From Octopus bimaculoides (taxonomy: Eukaryota), in the NCBI RefSeq assembly GCF_001194135.2, contig NC_068982.1, positions 95,839,464 through 95,903,463 on the forward strand: a stretch of DNA of 64,000 nt. Direction: 5' to 3'. The position numbers were made by a program, and so were the translations under genes. Positions 25,420-37,100 of the stretch are shown here, in pieces. Within the stretch, counting starts at the first letter, position 1. Each line of letters begins with the position of its first letter. The notes beneath the pieces were generated by a model, which saw nothing but the letters and a program-made list of their open reading frames with translations, was not told the origin of the DNA and ran no database searches.

Positions 25420-26800
25420 GTCTATGCTATGTGTCTTGTGTTTTTGTTTTTGCAATTTTGTGTTTATGCTTTTTTGTGACTGTATATCTGAGTGTTTGTG
25501 TATCTGTGAGTGTCTGTTTGTGTGACTGTAAATCTGCAGGTTTCGTTAGTACGTCTGTCCTTTTCGGTTTCTGTAATTCTTGTTTTTCTAGCGTCTGTTT
25601 GTTTATATTTCTGTGTCTCTGCCTATCTTCCTGTTTATGTGTGTGGGTCTGAATTTTTGTGTGCTTAGAAGTCTGTATGTTTGTCTAGCATTGTCCCGTC
25701 TGTGTCATTTTTAACTGGAGATCCTATTGGTGTACTCTTTTTACTTAACATTGCTGGTTGGTCTGTTTCTTTTGTTCCATCATCGTTGACGACCTCTTCC
25801 TCTCTTTTTCTCGATTTTACCTCCACGAAATCTTGTTCCATCAGCTGTTCCTCCTCATTCCTTTTCTTGATTTTCAGTTTCTGCTATTTCATTCACTATC
25901 CTCGGGCACTTCCTTTTTAAGTGCCTCCCTTTCGCCGCACTCATAACACTTAGGTCTTCCCCCACCAACATTATCTCCAGCTTATCCCCATTGGGAAGCT
26001 CCAAAGTCTCTAGCATCTTTTTATACCGATCCTGGCACATCACGTACTCCTACCAATTCATTAGTTGGGTTCGGTTCATCAATATTATCCTTAATTTTTC
26101 ATTGTTCTTATCTTTATCATCCGAAAAAATTCCTGTGATAATCCATTCAGGATCAATGCGTGTTGGAATCCTGCCCAGCCTAACTGTATATACACTCATC
26201 CGTCAAAATTGGGCATCAATATCCATTTGTCGCCGAACTTTACCTCAGAGGCGTATTTTTCTGCATCTTCCTCTTGCACAAAAGTAATCTCCACTGATGC
26301 GTATGCTTTACTTCTCGTATAGAAAGAGGTTTTGTCTTTAAAATAATCCTCTATTACTTCATCTATTTCTTCTTGTAGCGCATTTTGAGTTTTCTACTCT
26401 TGTTCGAAAAAGTTCTGTATGTTATTGTTCCGTTCTCCATTTTCAATTTTTCTCCCCCTGGTAGGGTCAACCTAATATTCGACCCCTCTCTCCTCGCCAG
26501 GTTTTTGTATTTCTTGTACAGCTCTTCCTTACCACGCCACAATTCCTGCTTCAGCACCCTCGCGCCGATAGAAGGTCGGCTCTTCGTTGCCACAGCATAA
26601 CTCTTCATATCACCGAAAATTCACCACCACCAAACACTGATGGCTTTACACAAAAAATTGCTGCAAGCAGTACCAAAAACAACACCAACCGTTTACACAA
26701 AAACTTTTAGCAAAAATAAATGACACGCACCTCAAAAAAAGGAGACAAACATAATTAAAATCCTATTTCTTTTTTGCCCACAAGGGAACAATACAAAAAT
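25420..26800 (-). mobile_element. LINE ORF1-like unit 2 (divergent paralogue of unit 1), frameshifted, no ORF2
   Basis: Fragments VEITFVQEEDAEKYASEVKFGDKWILMP, VYTVRLGRIPTRIDPEWIITGIF and GRPKCYECGER/HLKRKCP (about 25900-25965); ends in an ACAC/AGAC-rich tract. Confidence 0.6.
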
Positions 26801-26829
26801 ATGTGGTGACACACAGCACGAAAAAATAC

Positions 26830-28310
26830 AATAAAATATAATATGAAAATGATAATGAAAATGTGTTGCTTGCCTCACGTCAAGCCGCATCACTTACTTC
26901 CATTTTATCTTTTAAATCTTGAGTCTTTCCGTATATCTATACCGTATTCTTCCTTTAGCTCCTTGTATGTCACATTGTCCTGTATTTTATCAATATCCAC
27001 GCTTATCCTCCGACATTCCTGTCCTTTCTTAAATTTAGCTATTTCTTCCTTTTTGTTTTTCTGACATCAGTATATACAGGTGCCATCCTACGTTCGTGCA
27101 CTCCTATAATTCTACAAACTTTACATTTTTCCACGTTGTTATTTTTGTTAAGTAGTTCCTCATCTATATCCTCCGTAATTATACAAGCACAACATATCTC
27201 ACCGCGAGGGGTATTTTGTACATTGTTGTGACTGTTTTTCTTTCTCTGTGTATCTGTGTAGGAGGGGAATGGAGGTTTGGTGTCTGCGGAGGGTATGGGT
27301 GGGATGGGTGTTGGTTGGGTTTCCTGTTCATCTTCACTTTTTTCCCTTTTTCTCTGCTTCACCACCTTCCATAATTCTTCCTTCTCTGGTCCCTTCCGTT
27401 CTTCCGGCTTTCTTTTTCTCAGGGCAGTCTGCTCTGTTGTAGCCCTTTTGGCAACATTTGTAGCAGCGAGGGATTCTACGTTTCACAGTCAACACGACTT
27501 CACCTATGGTTATGGTCTACCATTTTTTCCAGATATTTCGTAGCGCACTGAATTATGATTTCGAGAGCCTTACCTTGCCAGTTCGTGGCCTCTGTATTTG
27601 TGGCCTGGATGATTGTCACTTCCTCTTTGCTTCCCAGAAACACTGCTGCCGCCACCCAAGCCACGTTTATTTCCGAGGGAATTCCTTCCACCTTGACTCT
27701 GGCAGCCCTTCTTCCCAAGTACATTGGAAGGAGGACAACTTTGTCCGTCTTCAGAGGTGTTACTGAGTGTTCCCTTGCTTTCTCGATGCTTTTGAAATGA
27801 ACGTTCACTGTTCCGAAACGGCATCCTCTGGCAAGGTAAGTTATATATCGCCAAATTGGCCTGTACTCTCTCGATTACTTCTGTTGACTCTAAAGTGAGC
27901 TTTTCTTCCACTGAGTACACCTAGTAGACAATGATCTCTCCATTTTCCCATTATTTCCTCGAGTGGTGACAATTTAACATCACCACCATCTCTATCCACC
28001 ATGTTTTCGAACCTTCTCAAATTCTTCACATTTACCTCCTTTTTACGAATTTCTGTGGCTTCCGCGAAGGTCTTTCCTTCCAAACGCCTATCCATTTTCT
28101 TCCCCGCTCTCACGAGCTCCTCCTCTAATGACAACAATTCGCTGATATCCGAATAAACAGAGTTAGTTGAGTAATACCCTGCCACCTCTCACGGAGAGAA
28201 AGCACAACTGAACCGCTGCTAAGCAGCAAAAACAGTAAAAACTTTCAAGCAAACAAAATCAACACTATGCAGCACAAAAAAGAGAAGGAAAAAAAAAAAG
28301 GCGACCCGAC
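26830..28310 (-). mobile_element. LINE ORF1-like unit 1 (RRM-like region + CCHC-type knuckle), frameshifted, no ORF2
   Basis: Fragments VHFKSIEKAREHS...LLPMYLGRRAARVKVEGIPSEINVAWV and RCYKCCQKGYNRADCP (about 27422-27468); T-rich 5' leader. Confidence 0.65.
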
Positions 28311-28605
28311 AAACATAATTGCATAGTAATTTCGTTGCTTCTTTTCCTCTTTCTTTAGGGAGGTTACACTTTAAAACTTGTTGGGTGTTGATATGCAAAT
28401 TTTATTTCCTAGTCACAATATTTAAATGAGAAAGAAGTTGCATTATTTTTCTTTTTTTTTATATCCAGAGTGCTTATAACTTTTAATGATTTCTTCTCTG
28501 AAGATTCAGTGTGTGAACTGCACCTAAAAATAGTAAATTTTTACTTTTCATCCATTTTAAATTACTGAACATTTGGAAAGAGAACAAAACTAAAATTAAT
28601 TCACA

Positions 28606-28702
28606 ATGAATGACCTTCAAAATTTTTACAAAGATTTCTCTTGTGAATACTCTTTTATTTTACCACCAATATCACCAAGTTTAGATATGCCTTCCATATC
28701 AG
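28606..28702 (+). CDS. MARF1: MARF1 candidate first coding exon ([32 protein letters not shown]), ending at a GC donor
   Basis: ATG at 28606 in ACAATGA context, in-frame TAA at 28597, 32 open codons, then CAG|GCAAGT (GC-AG donor consensus) in phase 1, matching the phase-1 acceptor at 29317. Confidence 0.55.
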
Positions 28703-31086
28703 GCAAGTATCTTTATAATACATTATTGCTAAGGAGATAAATTTGTTTTAAGAAAATAATAACCTGCATTGTTTTTATGTTCTATGTTGAAGATAATTTT
28801 AATTATATCATTGATATAAGTCTTTTGAATTTTTTTTTTCTCAAAATACTTTTAAACAAGGTTGTTTTTTATCTGGAATGAATTTTTTTTTAATTTTGTT
28901 AGATACTGTAGGTACTGAAGTTTGTCATTTTTCTTTTTTTTTTACCATTACTAAAATTAAAGTAAATATCTGTGTATTATTTTAAATATATATGTTTCAT
29001 GTTATGAAGTTTTGTTTAATGTTCTTCATATATTAATTTAAAATAAAGTAGATCATTCTTCAATTAATTTCTGAAAATAGAATTCAATTCCGAATTAATT
29101 GAAATCAATTATTTACTAGAAATTTTGCTTATTTTATCCTACTTTTCCTATCAATAAAGTTATAAGATTACATGGTTATCTTTTTAAATTATACTTCAAT
29201 CTAAATTTATTCAAAGTGAATAATTTACTCTGATACTGTTTCATTTATAGCATCAAATTTTCATAAAGAATTACAATTATCTACGTCTTCAGTTTTTCTT
29301 TTTTTTTTTTCTACAGACTCTAAAATATCTGGATCGAACTCGAATAGCAATTTTGATGATGGAACTTTTTACCATAACCCAGATAGCAATTTGCCAGAGT
29401 CCTCACACAAAAATCACATCAATGCTGTTAAAGAAAGTGTCAAGTCTTCCTATAAAACCAATATAGACAAAGATAATTTTTCTAATATTTTTAAACAAAA
29501 TAGCATTCAAAAAGAACTAATTGAAGAAGTCAGTAGTCCTAGTTTACAACCTGGATTACTAGAAAATCCAAGATCCAATACATGTGATCCTTTAAACAAT
29601 TTTAGGAATCAATCTGAAAAATATTCTGCCACCCATAGCTTGTACACCCATCAAAACCCACTTAAAAATTCATTTCATCCTGTGAAAGCAAGAACACCAA
29701 ATTCCCAAATACCAAACACCAATCCAGTCTTATGGTCAGACTCTGAAAAATGTACTGTATTAGATTCTGTGGAAGTACTTGTTAGTAATCTTGACTATAA
29801 CATTAGTCCAAGAGAGTGGAAAGAAATTCTCTCTTCAACTTTTCGAGCTGCAGTTATGGTAAGATTTTCAGAAGTTATTATACTTAGTTCTTTATAGCAA
29901 CATAGATGGGGTGGATGGATGGTTATGTTCATATGTATATTCAACCACGGTAGTGGTTGAATATATTCTTAAGTTCACCATTTCGTCAATTGCAGCAGCT
30001 TCCAAGCTTCACCACTAATTCATTTCGCAACTAAATTACAAACTATCAATAGTTTTAAAGAGGACACCTCCTCAGCTACACTTTGGCATAAATAGTTTGA
30101 GATTTGGTTCTGTAGAAAAAAAGTTACATCAAAATATCTGCGACCTCAAGGGGGGGGGCAGTAAAGAAGATATTCATCTTAAATTAACATAAATTTTTTA
30201 ATTTTAAATTAAAAGTATACTTTTCTTAGGCTTAAATGAAAGGAAAATGCATGAAAAATTCAGAAACATTAGTCNNNNNNNNNNNNNNNNNNNNNNNNNN
30301 NNNNNNNNNNNNNNNNNNNNNNNNNNNNNNNNNNNNNNNNNNNNNNNNNNNNNNNNNNNNNNNNNNNNNNNNNNNNNNNNNNNNNNNNNNNNNNNNNNNN
30401 NNNNNNNNNNNNNNNNNNNNNNNNNNNNNNNNNNNNNNNNNNNNNNNNNNNNNNNNNNNNNNNNNNNNNNNNNNNNNNNNNNNNNNNNNNNNNNNNNNNN
30501 NNNNNNNNNNNNNNNNNNNNNNNNNNNNNNNNNNNNNNNNNNNNNNNNNNNNNNNNNNNNNNNNNNNNNNNNNNNNNNNNNNNNNNNNNNNNNNNNNNNN
30601 NNNNNNNNNNNNNNNNNNNNNNNNNNNNNNNNNNNNNNNNNNNNNNNNNNNNNNNNNNNNNNNNNNNNNNNNNNNNNNNNNNNNNNNNNNNNNNNNNNNN
30701 NNNNNNNNNNNNNNNNNNNNNNNNNNNNNNNNNNNNNNNNNNNNNNNNNNNNNNNNNNNNNNNNNNNNNNNNNNNNNNNNNNNNNNNNNNTATATATACA
30801 TTTTACACATGTAAAAAAAAACCTCATCACGCAATCGAACTGATGAAAGAGCCTCGACCTGGTCGTTCGACATGCTAAAAATAGCAACCTAAATCACATG
30901 CCCATTGGATGTAATGTCCTACGTTATCCCTAAAAAGACGGTTTGCTGAAGGCTGGAATGTCATTGATGATAGGTTTACAGTAAAGAATAAGTTTCGTAT
31001 TCTTTACTAGAAGTAATAGCTTGTCCTATACTTTTACAGGTTTATAATCTTAAGAATATTACTTTTTATGCTTGCATTTTTCCATG

Positions 31087-31127
<41 letters not shown>

Positions 31128-34100
31128 TATATATGTATATGTATTATTGTGTCTGAGGAGAGCCAAATATAAAAACGAACATATATATATATACACACAC
31201 ACACAGATGTAGTTGTCTTATAGTAATAAGACAAACATAGAAGTATTAGGATGTATATTTAGGGTGTCATACAAATTCCCATACACTATCATCATTCCCA
31301 TTTTACATTCATTTTTCATACTATTATGTGTTGGACAGGTCATTGCTCTCTTAAACGGATTGGAGAACAATGACTTGCATGTAAATTTCATTTTTGCCTT
31401 GGTTTCTGCAGCTGGATGTGCTTTCTAATGCTAACCACTTTACAGTGCACAATATGCATTTTATTGCAACACCAGCATTAGACAGAATGGAAATAGGAGA
31501 GTGGTGGATAGCAAAAGATGAATAAATTAGTGAATGATGGCTATTGATACTACAATGCCAGTGGAAGACAATATGGGTCAAGTATATGGTACACATGCTG
31601 ATCTGAGGAGTTCCTATATGCATATACATCAAGATAGGTATAAGTTAGTGATAAAGTTAAAAGTATTTATTTCACATTTACAGTGCTATTTATAAAATAT
31701 CTTTGTTTCAGATATTTAGTGATTTGATTTGAGATTTTAATCCTGAGACTAAAATAATTACATTGTTGTAATAATTTTAGCCATTAAGTTTTGTTATACA
31801 TTGTCTGGAGAAACTGGTGACTGATGTGGTCCTTGAAATACATAGGCAGGGAAGAAATTCCTGAGTATTCATATTCTAGATAGGAACAATTGGTGATAGT
31901 GCTTGGTGGGGAACAGGAGTATGCAAGAGTCAGGTAATCCTAGATGTGGGTAAATAAAAACTGGCCAGCTCAAAGAATAGAAGCCACTATAATAGCAGTG
32001 AAGACAGTGAGGAGATTTCACATTTGTGAACTAAAAGTTGAAAATTCTATGCTAATTAATTAGATGGCATTTTGTATGTGGTTTATGTATGTATTAGCAA
32101 CAGCACTGTCTTGGATTGGGAGAAGTATTACAATGTATGTTAGCAACTGTTGGAAAGATAGAGAATTCTATCCTTGAAGATGAAGGCTAGTCTTTGAGAT
32201 ATAGGTTTGCTATGTTGTAAATGTGACATAGTTAATGTATTGATACTTACTGTCAATGGCTAAATCATAGATCTGATGAAAGACTTTTACATCCATTTTT
32301 TTTTCCTATGATTTCATGAAACTGCTGTAATGGCTACATAATGCAAATAATAGAAAAATTATAAGGTAACATATTTTTAAAATACTGCTTTTCATTTTCT
32401 TGTCAATATTCAGTACATTATTTCTGTCAAGTCATTCTCATAGCATTTTTGCCATTGGGGCACTTCAGTTTTGTTTTTAACAATATTCCTTTCAGTTTTT
32501 GACTTTCAATTGAGATGAGTGGAAAGTAATACAATTGTTATAAAAATTTTCTACAAGAATCATAAAAGTGACATATCTTTAAAAATGTTCAGTATAGAAT
32601 TAAATATTGATATAACTTTCATTCACTTGCTTCATGGGTTTGGTAATCTATCTCTTCCCCCAAGGTGTGGTGCCATAATGAAGCTCATCTGCCTTTGATA
32701 AGTTTGGTTTTATTATTCTGCTGGATGTTCACACACTCTTTGAGAAAATTCTTTTGGGAACTGTTTATTCACCATCCACTTAACTATGAACAGTTAGTAT
32801 TGCTATTGGTAGCAAGTTTTCATCAGCCTGTAATAGAATTGGTCCTGACCTGACAACTATTTCTGTATTATTGCTGTATAAAATTGCTACTTAATTCACT
32901 TAAGTAGGCTCAGTAATCAAAAATCTAATTGATAGAATATTTATCTTAGCATGGTTTGACCAAACAATTACCAAGTCCTGTTTCTTAACTAGTTGCAAAA
33001 AGAAAATAAAATCCATACCATGTTCCCTTTTTTATGCTGGCATAGGTTGCACAGGAGTTTTTGAGGCATTTTTTTTTTTTTTTAAGCTAGATGCCCATCC
33101 TGAGGTCTACTCTTGGTGGTCTAACACTGGGATTCAGTTTGCTTATTGGGTTTCTCATGGATAAATATTACATTAGATATACTGACTGTAACTTTATGAA
33201 GCTGAGAAAAAATAATGTAACTATCATGTAGTCATCTACAGTTCCTTGAATTCAGTTTTGTCTAAAGCTCTCTTGAAATAATTGTATGATGTATACAGTT
33301 TGGTGAGCAAAAAGCTTAGGCTCCAAATCATAGCTTCCAGTAAAATCAATTTTATTTTATGCAAGTTTTTTTTTTTTTTTTTTTTACCAACGTGGTATTT
33401 TCAGAAGGTTATTCAGCCACTAAAAACAAATTATTGAAAGGCCACATTGTAATAAAATTTTGACATAATACTGAAGTGACCAACAACCAGTGTGTTGTCA
33501 AAATGACCCACCCAAAGTATAACATTATCTAATCTTTTTTCTCTGCTTTAGTTTCATTGTATTTTGTTTATCAGGTTATTGATGTAACAGTCAAAGCACA
33601 ATCTGATAATTCAAACTTGGCCATTGTGCGGGTACCAACAACTGATGATGCCAGATTTGCCATATCTCAATTTCATGGAAAGAAAATTGGTTATAAAAGA
33701 GTACATGTGTGTTTAAAGTCTGAAGGAAATTTGAATCAGTCTAGCATAAGGTATGTTTTCTCTTTTTCATTGTCAGAAAGAGTCCTACAGATTTAAACTA
33801 ATTTATAAACTTCCTTATTAAATTAACCTCAAATGTTTTGTTTATATTTTTTAGACAAGTAGCTTATCGAGGGAATAAGAAATTATGTAACACGATCTTG
33901 TTTGACCCCAGGTGAGGCCTAAAGAAACAGACCTATGATCAAAAGCATTCCAGCCATGACTATCTCATCTTAAGAATTTCATATCTGGGAATACATTGTG
34001 TGTCGTCAGGTTCAGAGGTGTAGTATAAGGAAGATTCGCCTATTTCTTGTAGGTCAAGTGACTAGACAGTGGCCCTGTTACTGGCTAGTTTATAATATTA

Positions 34101-37100
34101 ACAATGATGGTGAAATCAATACAACTACAACCACAAATAAAATCTGAACCATAAACTTAGTTTGATAAGTTTACCCTACAGTATTGTCTAATTTAACATA
34201 TAAGAGCAGCTTTCTACCAATGAAATACTAAATAATGTTTACCTGTTATGTAAGTTATGAAACGGTGAAAAAACAAAAAACAAAAGCACATCACCACTTT
34301 GCTACTTCTCATATGAACTTGAATCAACAAGCTAATTGCAGTAATTATTAGATGTGCAAGACTTGTAAGATTCTCTTATACTAATACTAGATGCAGGCAT
34401 GGCTGTGTGGTAAGAAGCTTCCTGACCATATGGTTCCAGGTTCAGTCCCACTACATGGCACCTTGGGCAAATGTCTACTATAGCCTCAGGCTGACCAAAG
34501 CCTTATTAGTGGATTTAATAAATGGAAACTGAAAGAAGCCTGTCATGTATTTGTGTGTGTGTTTGTCCTCCCCTCCATCAACTGACAACCGATGCTAGTA
34601 TGTTTGTCCCCTTAGCAGTTCAGCAAAAGAGACTGATAGAATAAGTACTAAACTTATAAAGAATGTCCTGGCAGGGAGTCGATTTCTTCAACTAAAACCC
34701 TTTAAAGTGGTGCTTAGGCATGGCCGCAGTAAAATAACTGAAATGAGTTAAAGAATAAAAGAATCTTGCAAAAATAGATAATAAAATAAAAGCGAAATTA
34801 GATATGATAATGCAGGCATGGCTGGTTAAGAAGTTCACTTTGCAGTCTCATGGATTCAGGTTCAGTCCATGGTGTGGCACTTTGGACAAGTGTCTTCTAC
34901 GGTAACCCTGAGCCAACCAAATCAGTGAGTGGATTTGGTCGATGAAAACTGAAAGAAACTTGTGATTGTGCCTTGTTTTGACATTGCCTGATAGTTGTAA
35001 AATGAGTATTCTGTCATACAAGCAATGTCATTTGTTTCCAGTCTCCTATGAAAAACATATGGTGACAATGGGGGGAGGGGAATCACCTTGCTTGGAAACA
35101 GGTTTGGTGACAGGGAGAGTATTTGACCATAGAATATCTGCCTCAAGGAATTCTGACCCATACAAGCATGGAAATGAGGTTAAAATGATGTATAGGTAGT
35201 AAGGAAGGATAGAAACACACCATGCTTTACTGCAACCATTTGGACTCCTTGGTTTTGTATCAAAGTTCTGCCATGGGTCTTTTTTTTTTTTTCTGTTAAC
35301 TTCTCTGAAGTTAAAATATATAACACAGGTTTTATTCTGTTGGTTATGTGATAAAGTGGAAAATTATCCTGCCTTATCAAAAAATAGTTTACTTTATATT
35401 TATCATGGAGGAGGGATGTTAACACTAGAAGGACCAGACTTTTCTCCTATCTTTAAGGTCCAGAATGTGTCAATTGATGCAAAGATGTATTCCAGTTAGA
35501 AAGGGAAAAGAAAGAAAACCTTTATTAAATGTATTAATCTATTGAATTTTATGAATTCAGTTTTTGAATTGTGTGCAATTAAGATTTCAAAAGGCATTAA
35601 TTGACACACTTGGTCCTTCTAGTGTTGAATGATGATGATGATATATAAGTAAAATGGTTTAAATTATTTGGGGAATTAACTGTTAAAATTTTTCTGTAGA
35701 TGAAGAAAATGATTAATGAAGAACTAAACCATTTGCTTCTTAGTATTGTAACTTATCTTATTACATGAAAATTCTACCTAGATCAGTAACATGTTAAGTT
35801 AATTCAATTATGTCCTTTTAAATAATTATATTTAGTCAAAAGTAAATTGATGGCAATGTAAACACCTGCAAATGTTTTCTAGTTGAATGCTAAAGTTTTT
35901 ATCTTTCGATTTTTTTTTTTCTTTTTTCTTTGTTAAATCTAATAGCAATTCATTTTCTTCCTAAACCTGAGATCTTACTCCACGTAAGAAATTCAATTCT
36001 ACAAATTATTAAACATTTAAATTTGCATGTAACGCACAAGGTAAATGTTTGTGATGTTGAAAAGAAAGCAAATTTTATTCATTCTGGTAAACATTCCATA
36101 CAAGATTTTGTTCAAATTATGAAAATTTTTTAAAGTCAATACTTTTATAGTTTGTTATGACTCTTTTTGCTATTGTTTAATCACATATCAGCCTTAATCA
36201 AAGACTTGTAAATCAAAGCTGTTCCAGCTTTGACTGTCCCATATTTTTCCAAACCCTTTTGTCAATGATTTGGTCTTGAAGAAGCCATGTCCAAAGTGTT
36301 CACTGACCCTCCAAAGATGTCATAGCTCATAGGACTACATTATCTCATTTCATTAAGAGTGATTTTCTGATTGGTCAAACAGTGGGAGCAGAATCTCCCT
36401 TGTTATCTTCATTACTTTCCAACTTAAAGCATATTTGAAATAATTCTCTTCTCTTTTCTGAGTATTACCAATTCATTTGATCACTGACACAATACCACTT
36501 ACCTTGCTGCTGGTCTGTCTTCCAACAAGGGCCATCTAGTCATCCTAAGATAGGAAGATGTTTGGGATGTGTGATACCTTGACCATAGCAATGAAAGGCC
36601 ACTGTCTGTTTGTCCAAGAAGTTTCAGCCATCAGTAATCAGTCTGTGACTATGCAGCCCTTCCAAAAGGGATGCAGTCATGAGGAGGACCAGAGAAATGC
36701 AATTGCTCTTACCTGTGCTGCTACTTCCATGTGCTTGAAACCATGGAAGTGAAGGTGTTTCATTGTTGCAGATGTGCTACCAGACTATCCAGTCTTTGGT
36801 TGCAGATGTCAGTTGTGTGCTTGCAATCATACCTGAATAGGGGGGAGTGAACAATGATTAATGACTTGTACAACAAGTTTGATTGAAGTGATAATGAGTT
36901 ATGAACTTTCACCCTCACTTTTTCTGGTTCCTATGTTGATTCAGTGGCAGGACAATTGTTGCAATGGCTGGAGGTGAGGTCAGGTACAGTAGAAGAGCCA
37001 GTCAATGGGATATGGCCTTGTGGTTAGGGTGTACTTTTCTAGGGAGTATTCCTCAAAAGTGATATCCAAGAATTGGAGTGGTTGTGAAAGCTCAAAGCTC

